Assembly: GCA_032718475.1 (NCBI GenBank)
Contig: JAUCBJ010008697.1
Location: 15,100 to 79,099, forward strand
Length of the DNA stretch: 64,000 bases
Direction: 5' to 3'
DNA from: Nemertoderma westbladi
Lineage: Eukaryota > Animalia > Xenacoelomorpha
The translations under genes were made by a program, and so were the position numbers. Shown here in pieces: positions 37,020-51,052 of the stretch; position 1 is the first letter of the stretch; every line of letters starts with the position of its first letter. A model generated the notes under the pieces. It searched no databases and had not been told where the DNA came from. It saw only the letters and a program-made list of their open reading frames with translations.

Positions 37020-37245
37020 ATCCGAAACTTTTACCGAAACGCAACTTTTTACCGAAACGCAACTTTTTACCGAAACGCATCTTTTTTCCCGAATCGCGAC
37101 TGTTGCCGAAACGGAACTTTTTAGCCGAATCGCGACTTTTTTTGCCGAAACGCATCCCATCCTTTTTGCAGAAACGCAACTTTTTGCCGAATCGCGACTG
37201 TTGCCGAAACGCGACAGTTGCCGAAACGCGAAGTAACCTTTCGGC
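37020..37245. repeat. ~20-bp degenerate tandem repeats (ccgaaacgcaacttttt), probably MITE-internal
   Basis: About 10 variants of gccgaaacgc/gccgaatcgcgact. Confidence 0.7.
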
Positions 37246-37906
37246 AACTGAGCAACTTTGGATTGTAGAAACTCCACGAATTGTTCTTATCTGAGCGAAT
37301 AGGTCAATTCTATCATGGACACAAGCTGTATTAACTTGTCTTTACGTACCACATCTGAATTATGATTAACTTTCCTTATAGTGTATTTCTATCGTCCCTG
37401 GAAGTTCTACTCATGTGAAATAGTTGGGGATTAGTATGTACATCAGGTCTACCCGCAGATGTTCAAACATTGTGCCAAATCATCTCGAAACGGATGGACA
37501 TATTCGTTCCATCCTGGTGGTATAATGGGATACTGTCTATCGGTAGTTTTATTAGATTAGTGGCTTCGTACAAAGCTAATGGTACAGTATAACCATCAAT
37601 AAAACTTATTAATTTCAATCCAGTTAAAGTTTTAGTTTATCTTATTACATAAATTCAGATGTGGATTTCAGTTGTTGCTTATATATCATACAATATATCT
37701 TGACTTCTTTCTGAACGGCTTCATGTACTGCTGTAGATAAATAGATTTTGTGGAATCAGAATATCTGATGATATTATAATCATAAATTGGTTTGAATCTT
37801 GAAATTTTTGATTTTTTACACACTTGATATTTTCTCAAGTGTGTATTGAATACACCATGTCCTGGAATATAGTGTCGTTATTCAGATACCTGCCCCCCCC
37901 CCCCTT

Positions 37907-38282
37907 TTATCTGGTCTTTTATTTCTTTATTATGATTATTTTGAATTGTAATCTGGTCTTTTAATTCTTTATTATAATTATTTTGAATTGTAATCTGGTC
38001 TTTTAATTCTTTATTGTTCTTGTTAGACATCATAACAAACAATGTTGATAGTGCCGCTGTTACTAACAACACTACCAAGATCCCACCAACAACCCAAACC
38101 CACGATCTCCTAACTGAAACAACTCGTCTCTCAGTAACGGCGTTATTGCGTGCTATAACATTCTGTGACGTATGTTGTGGAATCGCGTTATCCGATATGA
38201 CGTCATAGGCACCTTCCGGTGATCCTGCTGGAATTTCCTCCATGCTAATTTCTGTATCGCTATATATTCCATGATGAGCCAT
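37907..38282 (-). pseudogene. Truncated tandem paralogue of the FReD gene (N-terminus, TM and stalk only)
   Basis: TM and stalk are nearly identical to 35183-36274. Homology stops at KDQI, where a G-run begins, and the frame ends at 37878. No FReD exon is visible before the next gene. Confidence 0.7.
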
Positions 38283-41207
38283 GTTCAGTTAATTGATGTT
38301 TTGGATAACAAAGCTACTAGTAAAGTTTGTTGTTGGTATAAAGTTTATTGCTTTATGAGATTTCGGTTAATTTCGAGAATTTTTAGGGGGTTAAATATAA
38401 TTTCATATGTAAAACATTTATTTCGCTTTTTTTTTATTGTTACGCTATTTATTTTAGCATCCCCTTCGATCGTGCATCCAATCTATGTAAGTTAGTGTAT
38501 TTCTACCGTACACATTATTACAGTAACACAACGTAACTAGGTAGTCTCTATACATTATGTAAATACAATAACAACAACAAACAATGTATATAGGTTGTTA
38601 CGGTATATGGCGCTGTACACATTATTAGCCATTATACAGTATAATATATTGGTTCATTATACAGTATAATATATTAGTCCATTATACTGTACGCAATATT
38701 AGTCCGTTATGCAATATAATTATTTAGATAAGGCATAATAGCGCAGTGACATTTTGATAAGGAAATTGAAACGCCCATAAATTTTGAATTCATCCATTTT
38801 GTATAGTATGTAGCCCTACCTATGTAATTTTGTATTAGGATATAAGTAGATAGTTCCAGGGTAGCAAGTTCAGTTGGACCCTGGATTTTGAGCTTGCTGT
38901 TATTAGTCTTGATGGGCTAGCTATCACGGGTTCGATTTTCTATAATTGCGCTAAATTAACGTTTGTACATCATGTTATTAGTACCGCTAAATTAAGCATC
39001 GGCAAAATTACCTTATATGGTGACGTTTAGGGGGGTTAGGGCTACAATCCGGCTTTCTTATTGGACTAACTGCTTCCAGGTTGGTCTAATGCTAGCGCGG
39101 ATTGGAGAGCCAATGAGAGAGCGATTGCATCACCCCACTCGGATCACCTATAAATTGGCTGTTTGCCGGTAGAGCTGTACCTATATCATCCTGCCTACTG
39201 TACCCCTACAACACCAACCCCAATTTTATTCTGTGTTAAGTATTAGGAGTACAATTTTGTGCGTATTTTCTGCATTTCTACCTTTTGATCAATTTTCTTG
39301 GAATGATTCGTTAGTGTTATTATTCTTAACTGTGTTTCTCAATCAATCCCAATGATTACTGCTAATTACAACCGGAACTATGATTTCTACCTCTTTCGTT
39401 AATGGTTCTATGTAATTCATTTCGACGCAATAATCCTACGGGATTTCTGAGACTGTCAGACTTGTGATTTGCATGCGCCGCTACGGTAGCTATTCAATAA
39501 ATGGAGGGCTAAGGTGCCAGTAAGCGGTGGGCGCATCGGGGGGTTAGCGACGAAGGGAGTGCGGAGGATTCAAAGGCGGGCAACGCTGGCGGGGGGTCAA
39601 CGTTGTGGTCGGGCAACTTGGACTGTAGGTAGAGACCGCTCGCTGGTACGGTAATTAGGGGGCTGATGATCCAGGTCTTGTCTCTATTTAGTATTAGGGG
39701 GGCAGGAATTGGGTTAGTTAGGAAGCCTAGATGTACCTGGGAGGGGCCTGCATACCTTACAGTAAGTTGCGAATTAGTCAATTGCGAATTATTATGTTGC
39801 GAATTATATAATTGCAGATTGTATAATTGCAAGTTGTGCTATTGTGATCTGTGATTGCTGATGCTGATTGGTGTGTCACTGAAGTGTGCCTATGATTACG
39901 AATGCTTAGGTAGGCGCCCCTTTCTCTTTGATTGATTTCTATTTCTTAGTTACAACAAATAATTACTGATTAGGTCAAAGTAATACGGCATTTTAGGCTA
40001 TTACTAGCGAAACCTGTTGCGTAATAAATTTGAATTACGCATTCTGGAACTCTTAGTAATTAGTACGCTGTTATATATTTGTGACTGTAATTGATTAGTA
40101 AAATTAAGAATTAGTACGCAGCATAGCGGAGAGTAGCTAAGGTAATAATTTAGAGTACTGTAAACTATTCACGCTGAGCGGTTATTTGCATTAGCGGGCA
40201 ATATCGCAGTAGTCAGTACGCAAGACACTAGTAGATTGCTGGCCTAAAGCCAGCTGCAGGCAAGTTTAGACCCAGAGCGGTACTACCCACGTAGAGACAA
40301 AATACTGTACCAATTTTGATTATTTTAAATATTCTCGCATTCATACATTCCGTTAGGGAACCCCCAGTATTCGCGATTAGAAAAGACGTAGGCATTATCG
40401 TATTTCAATAGTAAAATTAGGCGTAAGAATATACTCTGAGTGCAAAGCCTCTCGCACTCGTCTTAAGTAAGCTTAGGGAGCCGACTCGGGTTTATTGTTT
40501 TGGTTATTCCCGCGTGGCTCATAGATTCGAACAGTTAGCTCTCTGTCGAGCGATCGGTAGAGAAAGGAACAAGCGATTTTGCAGGAGCCGTGTAAATTTA
40601 GTAAAATATATTAGCGGACGGCAGATTAGCGCCATCCAATGGTAAGTAGCGGTTTTGTATTTAGCAGCCTTTACATTTTAGTAATAGCACGCTCCTGATC
40701 CCCTTTACTTAACAGTAGAGCAGTCTTTGTGTCTTATTGGTTAGGCGAGAACTCATTAGGTTGGCAGAGAAGTATACGGGTATTTGTCTGTTCAACAGTT
40801 CTGCTGTCAGTATAGGGGTCGCGCCAGATTAACATAGGTATTGTAGGGCGAGCCACAAAGTAATAAGAACCTTAGCGTAGGGGTACCATTAATTGACTGT
40901 CTGAGAGTTCACGGTACTCTCTCTGTATTGGATCCGGCGATCTGGATATCTGGATCGCAGCTGAACGCCCAGCTGATCGGATCTGGACTTCTGTGGGTTC
41001 GGGGGTCGTTTCCAAGACGGACAGCTGTTCGCGAGTCAGTCTCAACTTCTCCGGAACGAGTTTACCTTCTACAGCCAGTCGCGCCTTCATGGATGCGTAG
41101 TGGTGGTAAACCTCGAGCTGTGATTGGTTCAAGCGATCGTGTAGGGATAGTGCTACTGCATGGCTGCGTTGGTTGTCTCGGCTCTTGACTACTACTTGAC
41201 TTGGTTG

Positions 41208-43730
41208 CTAAATCGAAGCTACATGGGAAGTTCCGCCATAATTTGGAGGCAGGTCATTTGACTCTAAATCCGGGTCATAAGTTTGTAGACGATTGATGGT
41301 CTCCCTTACCCCATACATATAAGCGGTTTCTATCAAATCACCATAACTAAAAGGCAAGGAAGGTGGCCGAAACAACCTTTTAGGTAAAGGAAAGAATCCC
41401 ATAGCCATCTGGTCCCCCTGACTCGTTGCATCCAATCTTCTCATAGTGTATGGATTTGAGTTCGCGTGTGTTTCAAAATACACCAGATTTGTAATCTGTT
41501 CAGAGCTAGTATTAGCACATTTGGGAGAACATCTAGATGTTGCGCCAGGTCCCCATACTCGACAAATACTGCATATCTCTACCAGCTGTGTACATGCCAT
41601 AATATAATGGCCATCAATATTGCAGTATGGACAGTATACAGGTATTCTTCTGGTGAAACACTTCCCTGATGGAAGCTTGGAAATAGATATATTTTTAGAT
41701 TCAGGACAGTCTGATCTGCCACAACGAGTGCATCCAGACATTTCTACCACATTCATAAGATATATATCTTCTGTTTCTCATTAGCGACTATTGAAGAGTT
41801 AGTGATCTCAATTGATTACATTGATCTCAATTGCTGCAAAGCTATACAATAGAATTATATTAAATCGCATCAGGGATCCCATTGAGAGACTGCTCCGTGG
41901 AAATCAGAATGGGTTCCGTAAAGGTCGTGGGACCATGGAGCCCATTTTGGCACTTAGAAGGATAATTGAAGAGTTATCAAAAAGGAAAGACAGGCATCTG
42001 GCTGTTATCTTTGTTGACTTCTTCAAGGCCTTTGATTCAGTCTCTCGCTCACGTATGTTCAGCATACTTTCATTATATGGGATTCCTGATGAAATTATTG
42101 CAGCAATCAGATCATTATACGATGGTTCGACAACATTAATTGTGTCTACTGTTGACGGTGACAGAGAACCATTTGAAGTGTTATGGGTGTCCTCCAGGGA
42201 GACGCACTTGCACCATTCTTGTTCATAGTTGTTGTTGACTATGTTCTACGCATGTCCTTAGATCATCATAATGATGATGGGGTGATGATAACTCCACCTA
42301 CTGGCTCCAGAAGTCGAGGAAATCCTGCCAAGTACCTAACTGATCTAGACTTTGCTGATGACTTAGGAGTACTCTCAGAATCACTAGAGGGAGCCCAACG
42401 GCTCCTCAGCTCATTAGAACATGCTGATTCTAGTGTTGGTCTTTTTATTAACTCCAGAAAGACCAAAATTTTGACAGTTAACTTTGAAAGTCCTCAGCAA
42501 GTCTCTGATCGGATGAGCATAAGCTCAAAAGATGGTATGCTTGAGCATGTGGATGAATTCTGTTACCTGGGATCATGGATCCGGAAGTCATGTGAGGACC
42601 TTCGAATACGTAAGGGAAAGGCATGGGCAGCCTTGAATAGGCTTTTCAGGATTTGGAAGTCACCGAGAATTAATCGGAAACTTAAGGTCCGATTATTTAG
42701 AGCAGCAGTAGTTCCAGTACTCCTCTATGGGAGTCCATGCTGGGCTCTAACTGCTGAGGACACCAAATCTATAGATGGCACATTCACAGGAATGCTACGC
42801 CGGGTTCATTGTGTCAAGTACAATGCACACATCTCCAACCAGACACTATATAACATTGGAGGTGTCTCATTGGTTCCCCCAAGCTTGACACTAGAACAAA
42901 ATCGCCTCCGCTTTGCAGGACATTGCTTTCGCTGTGAGGACCAGCCAGTGCATAATCTTGTACTTTGGCAGCCTCATGGAGTGAATAAGCATGGTGGACA
43001 GCCCATGACTTTCTTGAGACGCATCTTAAAGGACACTGGACTTGAAGATGCGGATGATCTAGCAAATGTCATGGGTGATAGGGAGTTGTGGCGGTGCAAT
43101 TTTGTCGATAAGCCGGCACAGCATTTTTAAAAATGCAGCTGTAATGCAGTATGCCGATCCTAGTAGTAGTAGCATTGTTTTTCTTCTATCATTCGTTTCT
43201 GCTGGATGTGGCGGAAGGTCTCAAAAGTTTGGTGATTGTACCAAGATGTTATATGAAAAAGGTCTGATCTTTGTTGCATTGGAGACACTATTTCAGTTGT
43301 TTTGACTTCATATGTAGTGGGCTGCAAAGGTGAAGTATCAATGGATATTGATACTGGTGTTGGATCTGCGGGGGCATCGGAATACCATCTATCCGAATCT
43401 TCACTCAAAGCAGTCACTGGCTGTAAATGGTGTGGATTAGGTTCTCTGTAAAACTTGGAAGGATATATTTTATACTTGTATTTACTAGGGCTGGTAAATG
43501 TGCCTGGTGGTTCTGATAACCCTCCCCTTAGGTTAAAATTAGGAGTCAAACATCTGTTGACTTTGGCAGGTATACCTCTTGACTTTGGACGGGGTTTGTG
43601 TCGTTTGAGAGTAGACTTCAGTCGGAGTCTTTGTGATGACTTGTGTGTCGGTTCATGTTTAGTCTCCGATGGCGCTTTTATCCTAAGAGCCACTGGCGGA
43701 GGGTTATTCTTTAACAAGGAGTAATCCATA
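41208..43730 (-). pseudogene. Decayed Cys-rich zinc-knuckle (Gag-like) ORF of probable retroelement origin, split by an RTE insertion
   Basis: 41208-41756 encodes CTRCGRSDC and CPYCNIDGHYIMAC..CSICRVWG. The basic, Pro-rich ORF ending at ~43174 rejoins this side when the RTE is removed (IEEKQ|LRSLTLQ*). Confidence 0.45.
41815..43173 (+). mobile_element. RTE-clade LINE, 5'-truncated copy 3 with (TAG)n tail
   Basis: RT motifs NQNGFR, FVDFFKAFDSV, QGD.LAP, FADD, YLGS; one frameshift near 42140-42190; tail tagtagtagtag (43161-43172); attg on both flanks (41811-41814, 43174-43177). Confidence 0.93.
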
Positions 43731-44652
43731 TCAATTATATTGGTATCAGTGACAATATTATATATATCTAAGCAGTATAAATAAAACACAAGAGATAAAT
43801 ATCTAACTTTCTGGTTAATACAATTACAATATCTTCTAGCGTAAATAGTATAGGTATGCACATCACAATAACAACAACAACATAAAAGAACATTCAACAT
43901 TTATCTTTCAATTATTCACCAACATTCTCTGTTGATATTAAACAAAGCACCTTAATTATCATTTGCAATATTCAGGAAATAATCGTCATTCATCTTCCCT
44001 AGCAACCTTGTGGCAAAGGTATATTTTGTAGGTTTTGTCAACTTTATGGCAAATCCCTTAAAGCCATAGATTTTTGGACTCATTCAGTTCTTGAAGAACA
44101 TACTCAGCAGGAACCATCCATGGAACCTGTAGAAATCATATAATATATTCACAGAGATGCTTCCAGAGAATAACACTGTCCTCTCCATTGACATTCTGAC
44201 ATATATTTTCTCCCCTTTCTTAAGCTAGCTCCATACTCATCAGAAAGAACAGCATTTGGACCTAAGTCCGAAGCAGAACATTATCATTAGCATTATCTTA
44301 TTCAACTTATCAACATAAGCATAAGCATACCATTATTAATTATGATACATTGCTGTCATCTTTCATCAGATTCATTGTATTGTAGTATCTAGTATGTTTC
44401 CTGTTTTATCATTCCTATCCTTTTCCCGACATCCTTTACCCACATCATACATTTGCTTTCCACATCTCCATAATGAAGTGACGAGAGAGTAAATCTCCTG
44501 TGGCCATTTGTTATTGATAGTTCATGATATACCATAATATTGGTAAATCTTGTCATAATTCTAGAATATGTCACAATCCATTGGTGATGTTTGATTTCAA
44601 ATTTCTTTCATAATTTTTAATATAGTTAATCCTTGTTATTGAAAATATACTC

Positions 44653-45862
44653 TTAATTTACTAGTTTCACTTTGTTATCCTCCATACCAGGTCTTGTTAC
44701 GGATTCATCCTCATCATCACAATTCTCGAGAGGGCATAGTTTGGATACTGGTCGCTGGAATGTACCACTTGCTGTCTTAATAGTTACAGTCCGAACAATT
44801 CCATCTTCTCCGGGATGAACTTCTATCACTCGGGCCATAGGCCATCTTGTTCTATCAAAATTTTCTTCTACTAATAATACAAGGTCTCCTTTTCTTACAT
44901 TCCTCTTAGCTGAATGCCATTTCTTTCGTGATCTCAAAGTTATTATATATTGTTTTAGCCATACACGCCACCAGTGAGCAGATAATACCTGTGCCCTTTT
45001 CCAATCTGCAATCCGTAGACGCTGTTCTGGAAACAACTCCTCTGGTAGGATGTTAATTCCCGGTTTTCCTAGAAGGTGGTTTGGTGTAAGTGTATCAAAG
45101 TCAGTGGGATCATTAGTGATTGGCACTAATGGACGATTGTTTAATGTCGCTTCAATTTCACAGAGTATAGTTCTTAAAGAGTCTTCTGTGATATGAGTAT
45201 CACCTATTGCAATTCTTAGCGCTCCTTTAACCATTCCTACTAGACGTTCCCATACACCACTGGTGTGTGGTGCAACTGGAGTTTGAAAACGCCATTCTAT
45301 TGCATATTGGTCTTGAAATCGCCGTAAATTGGATTCTTGGAACCATTCCGAAACAGTTTCCCGTAAGACTCGTTCACCACCTACAAAGTTTGTTCTATTA
45401 TCGCTATACATCATTTTTACATTCCCACATCGTGTAACAAACCTGCGTAGCGCGTTGATGAATGCCTTCCCAGTTTGATTATATACTATATCTAGATATA
45501 TTGCCCTTGATCTAAAACAGGTAGAAATAACGCCCCAGCGCTTGACAGTTGTCCTCCCTTGAACCACTGAGAATGGTCCTTAACATTCTACACCTGTGGT
45601 ACTGAATGGAGGTCGATTTGGCTTAAGTCTCTCGGATGGTAAATCTGACATTCTCTGAGTTAGTGGTAGTGCCAGGTAGCGTCTACATACTAAACAATGC
45701 TTCAAAATCTTTCTAATTATTGTATTAATCCCAGTTATCCAGAACCTCTGCCTGATCTGTACAGTAAACCAGTTCTGTCCTGAATGTAGATTTCTTTCAT
45801 GATAGTGCCGTACTATGAGTAGAGCTAGTGGTGACTTCCCAGGAATGATAATAGGGTTCTTG
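44653..45862 (-). mobile_element. Bel/Pao LTR retrotransposon integrase remnant (inactive)
   Basis: HHCC zinc domain upstream of the ORF (HYHERNLHSG..CLVC), VEC*GPF with a stop, SDN.TNFVG, PHTSGVWERLV, LNNRPL, LTPNHLLG, W..ARVIEVHPGEDGIVR.V. Confidence 0.9.
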
Positions 45863-47327
45863 GTGGGATAAATATTTCTCCATTTGACGCAACACCGCCG
45901 CGGCCGCTATGAGGGAGGTGAATACCGCGGCCGCTCCTAAAGCCGCAGGCCATCGCTAACTATATAGGTTAACTTGGGATTCTGGGGGACTTTTCGATGA
46001 AGGAACTGACCAAATTTTTTTATTTTCTCACCAGGGGAGCGGCTCGGAATTCTAAGATATTAGCAACTTTAACATTATTAAATCTAACCCTTTGACGGAC
46101 ACGGCGGACAAAAAACCGTCATTTTTTCGACAATTTTAAAATTTTTTTGAAAGGCGCTCTACAGTGGCTCGAAAAAACCCTAGGTTATTGCTTAGCCGAC
46201 GCCGGGATACGATAGAAGGGATTAATTAGTGAATTCGTTTTTTTTTTCAAAAAAGATTACCACGCCTTTTTTTCCGAAAATGTCCGTCAAAGTTGAAAAA
46301 ACGGACAAAATGACTTTGCGGGATCCGCTATAACTCGGCTAATATTAATCGTACGGGGACAAAAGTAACGCGGTTGGAAAGGGGAAGAGTGGTACTACCT
46401 TCGTATCGAATGGGGGTAAGATATTTATTAAAATTTCGGGTGGAAAAAGGGGCTGTAAATTTGTACGTTTTTGTCCGTCTTTTTTGGAAAACTTATTATT
46501 TTGGAAAAGTTTAATTCGACAACGCGGGTAGGAATCCACTAATTCTTTTATGAAACTCGTAGAAGACCATTGGGGCTACGTTCCTATCGAATGGGGGTAC
46601 AAAAAATATGTCAGAAATAGGGGCCAAAAAGGGCCAGAATTTGTAAAGTAGTTTTTATCGAATAACTTTTTATTTTTAACTTTAGTTGGTTAAGGTACAT
46701 TCTATACAATCAATATCTATACGGGGAATTCAAATAATGCTATCGGTTTTGCTCCAAGGATGATATTAAAAAAATGAGGGCCAAAATTATAATTTAGCGC
46801 TTTAAACTTGCTTCGCGGGAAATCGTCTAGCTCGAAAAATACTTAACTTACGGGAGATTTGTTTACACAGACTTATAGTGCGTTAAATTATCTATCTAAC
46901 AGCGTTAATCACAGCGCCGGAGGTATTATAAAACTGGAGCGGCAGGCGATCGTGTGAAATATAATATTTATAAAAAGGGACGAAAAATTGTTTTTTTAAC
47001 AAAACGCTATTCCATTATAATTTAGCGTATTGCGCCAAAAGTACCTGTAAAAAGTATCAAATTAACTCCGCTATCTTTTATCTTAACATATATAATTAAA
47101 ATTACGAATTTTAAGGGTCGAAAAATATCGCGTTATTTTGGCCCTTTTTTTTAATTTTTTTGGGGCCAAAAATAACCCCTTCTCAAAAGATTTAGAAAAA
47201 AATTACGGCAAAGAATATACCAATTTTATTGAATTTGGACCACCAGAACCGAAGTTAGAACGATTTTAGTGAAAAAATAAAAATAATTTTTTTTGCAAAA
47301 AAATTAAGGATAGTCAGGTCAATATTG

Positions 47328-47381
47328 GATTTCGAACCCGCGAACTTAGGTTTCATTAACGTGATTGATAACCACTAGACT
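47328..47381 (-). mobile_element. tRNA-derived relic (SINE head or tRNA pseudogene)
   Basis: Minus strand TAGTCTAGTGG (A box)...GGGTTCGAAATCC (B box); the anticodon arm does not fold well. Confidence 0.45.
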
Positions 47382-48779
47382 ATGTGACCAAGTGAATTTG
47401 AAATTTTCGAGTGACTATTTTTAAACATAAATAACTTTGGTTCTACAGGGCCGTTTAATCTGAAACTTTTTTCATTGGATAGAGAATAGATCGTAGTGTG
47501 TGAAATAGGATAAAACTTGGGAAAAGACTTATGTGCACTTAGTGCAAAATGCACTTAAATAGTGAACATTTTTTCGATATTTCAAACACTATTATTTCCA
47601 ATTCTATTCATCGTAGAATGTTATTTTTTGGATTAAAATGTAGTTTGGAATGATTTCTAACTATAATCGTAACATTTGTTTAACTTTTTATGTCTATAAA
47701 GTGACTTAAAATGTCCATGAATATGGTCCAAAATCGCAAATCCAGATTTATTAAATTGGATTTTTGACACTTTTAGCGACTGACACTTGATCATACACCA
47801 TCGTAGATCGGTAGAGGATAAACATAAGTTTGTTAAATAAGAGCCACCATTACGATCTGCTAAAGTGCACTTGTACAAATAAGTGTGCAAAAGTGCAAAT
47901 TTTTTAATAAGGTCAAATTATATAGTATTGGGTTCTTTTCGTTGCAGATACTTTATTTTCATATTAATATGTTGTTTGAACCTTACTGAGCGCATTAGGG
48001 GATATGCATACAAATAACCGGCCCTTATGAGGCTTCGATTGGGTAAATTAATAAAACATAAGGTTGTATAGTATAATATTATAAAAACCAGTGTGATATT
48101 ATATGCACTTAAAACAATAAATAGAGATCAAACAACAAATGGACCACACAATTAAAAACTCGCACAATATTGTACTTATTATATCGCTTCAAATTAATTC
48201 AACAGTGGATATTTGGGGGAAGGGGGAAGTTACAGTGTGCATTCGGGGGAAGTTTGGTGAACTGCATTTATGCAGTGAATCCAAACTTCCCCCTTTGATA
48301 TATCATATACTTAAGACATGCTAGGGTGACGGGGAAATATTTGTTACTGTCACACTTTGCTTCCATTTATCCTATCCTTTATTATTACCCCAGTCAGATA
48401 AGAGATAATAAATCTGTAAAAACTAAACTAAACTGTCTTTCATGCAAACAAATTTCTAACTAAAGACGGGTGAATGACCATGACCATGGAAATAATTTTA
48501 AATATAATTGTATATCAACTATTTGGGGAGGCTTCCAAGTTAAACCCGAAAACAATTATTTTGTTACATATATAGTAAATAACGTTGTATTTTCTTCTTC
48601 CTCTCATAATAAAATATAAATGAAATATCTCAGATCGCTATGCCCTGTAACATTTCACAACCAAAATATTTAAGTGTGAAAAGTGAAGGCCTACCACACT
48701 CCGCCCAAACAACCGCAAACGCATAGCCAACAAATTTAACAAAAGGTTACATACATGTTTGGTTCATGACGAGATGAGT

Positions 48780-48866
48780 GAAAATTGATCGCGTAATATA
48801 AAGTAAAAAATTAAGAGACGGGCGAAAATTGATCGCGTAATATAAAGTAAAAAATTAAGAGACGGG
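48780..48866. repeat. Tandem duplication, ~43 bp x2
   Basis: gaaaattgatcgcgtaatataaagtaaaaaattaagagacgggc occurs twice. Confidence 0.85.
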
Positions 48867-50340
48867 CTGGCTCTCCTCCACTTTCTTACCCAATGGATAT
48901 GTTGTTGTAATAATCTAATATTGGGGCGGCTTTCTCTCGTTTGCTCGGACTCCGTAATTGAAACTTTTGAAAATAATTGAAATAATTGAAACAATTGAAT
49001 TGTAGGTTATGCTAGTATTTAGAACAAAATAAGGATTTAGTACGCTGCATAGAGGATAATAGTTTGGTTATTTACGCTTAGGGAATATCTTGGACTAATT
49101 TACGCTAGGCGGTTATCCGAAAGTACCAGGTTCGCAAGTTTATACAGGAGTCGCAAGCGTAGCAAAGCAGTAATATAGCTGACTACACTCAGCACTTAGG
49201 TTACCAGGGTTTGAATAAATGATTTTTCACCTGAATTCGCAACATTAAATATTCTCACATTCAACATTTGTCCGCCTGACGAACTGCTTTCTTTCTCTGT
49301 GAAATGTGAACACGTTCGTGGGGCTATCGCGCAGGACGAGGCTCAGTTATCAGGATACTGATTAAAATTGAGCGATTGTATCACAAAATCAGGTTTTGAG
49401 AAATTTACCCGCACCACCAATCAATCAAGGAAAGGAGGACAGTACGTGATGACCCCTTTTAATCTGCACCCCCCCCCCCCACCCTTCCCACCCACCAGTA
49501 ACTTATAACTACCGATGCCTTCAACGCAGTAGGCAGTAGTCGTCTTCATTATTATAAATGTCGTTGTGCTCGTCCTGTTTTGTATTTAAACATATTTCAT
49601 AAACGCAGACTGACGGACGATCTTTACAACTACCGATGCCTTCAATAGGCGAAGCCAGGTATGGTTTATAGGAATATAGTCTACTACACAGTACTGGTCT
49701 TCATTATATGCCTCGTTGCGCTCGTCGGTCGTTCTGTTTTGCATTACAATATTTTTCCTAAACCAAGACTGACGATCTTTATACAGTTATAACTATGCGA
49801 AGTTTCGAAACTGTGCGAGTAACTGTTGATACATCTATATGGAGATGTGTGATATGTGGAGATGTGTGATACAACGCCAACGCATCGTATGCCGATGTAG
49901 TAATATGGGTATTGAAATAATATTAAATCAATGTACACTCTTAAAGCTGCAGCGAAAAAATGTAGATAATTTCCTAGGTTACATATAAAATAATAATATT
50001 ATTTTTTAAGAACATAAATTTTACTACTTTGCAAAAATTCAATTAAAAAATAACCTGACAAATATATTGCGGAATAAACTATTTCAGATATAAGCCTGCA
50101 ACAGTCATTATATCTTCTGTCACCTGAGATAGTAAGTAATACAACATTTATAGTATAGAGTCAATAGGAATTGAAAAACAGGCAGTGTGGTTGGAGTTAT
50201 GTCTGGGTTGCTATAGCAATACTACTGGCTGCCTATTACAGTACAATTCGCCTCTGGTAAGGCTACACCAACATCTCCCAGCCAGCTAGCAGCTCTACAC
50301 CCCCGCAGAGACTATGTTGACCAATAATGGGAAGGATTAA

Positions 50341-51052
50341 GGGGGGGGGGGGGGTACACCATTTTTGGACAACTCTTCGATTTATCACTCTCAGCGTTTC
50401 AAAATTGTTTGGGTTTGGCTAAAATTTGGCATATAGGTGCATAAGATGCTATTCTACATGACAGGTGAGAAAAACAATTTTTTTCGCTATTTAATATTAG
50501 TTAATACTAGTTAACAATAAAAAAAAACTTGGTTGCGCTTAAAACCCTAAGGCTTTTACAGTTTTGAACCTAATCTCATGAAAGTTTTTTTATATGATAG
50601 ATCAAAGATGGGGCAACATAACAATAAAAATAATTCTGCACCGCTAGGTGGCGCTGCAAATTTATGCTAATTTTTAGGTTTGTTATAAATAGTATTAAAT
50701 TTTATTAACAAAAAATTTCGAAAAGTTGCCTGATACTTTTATGCAGGGTGGCTATGTAGACACCCACAGAAAGTTTCAGACTAATTACTCAAAAATTGTA
50801 GAAGTAGTAGGGTTTTGAAGTTGACAATTTCATAATAAAAATATTTCGAGATAATCGACCTTTCATTATACTTAGTAATAGTAATTTCAATAGGATTCCC
50901 TAAATGGAAATTTATATAACTTGAAAACTAAAAGAGCTATTAAATAGCGGTTTTCAGATTTGGAAACACCATTCAATGGTGCATTATAATAGACTATAAA
51001 AAAAATTTCGACATATTTTGGACCAAAAGGTGTAGCACCCCCCCCCCCCCCC
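50341..51052. mobile_element. Non-autonomous DNA transposon with TTAA TSD and GG...CC termini (Kolobok-like)
   Basis: TTAA|G14-tacaccatttttgg ... ccaaaaggtgtagca-C15|TTAA (TSD at 50337-50340 and 51053-51056). RR...YY ends favour Kolobok over piggyBac. Confidence 0.75.

Noticed and set aside
45880-48330. Large non-autonomous DNA transposon or Helitron
   Set aside because: The sequence looks TE-like but no TIR, TSD or coding motif could be delimited by eye.
50207-50220. X-box-like GTTGCTATAGCAAT
   Set aside because: No gene start nearby; it may be a chance match.
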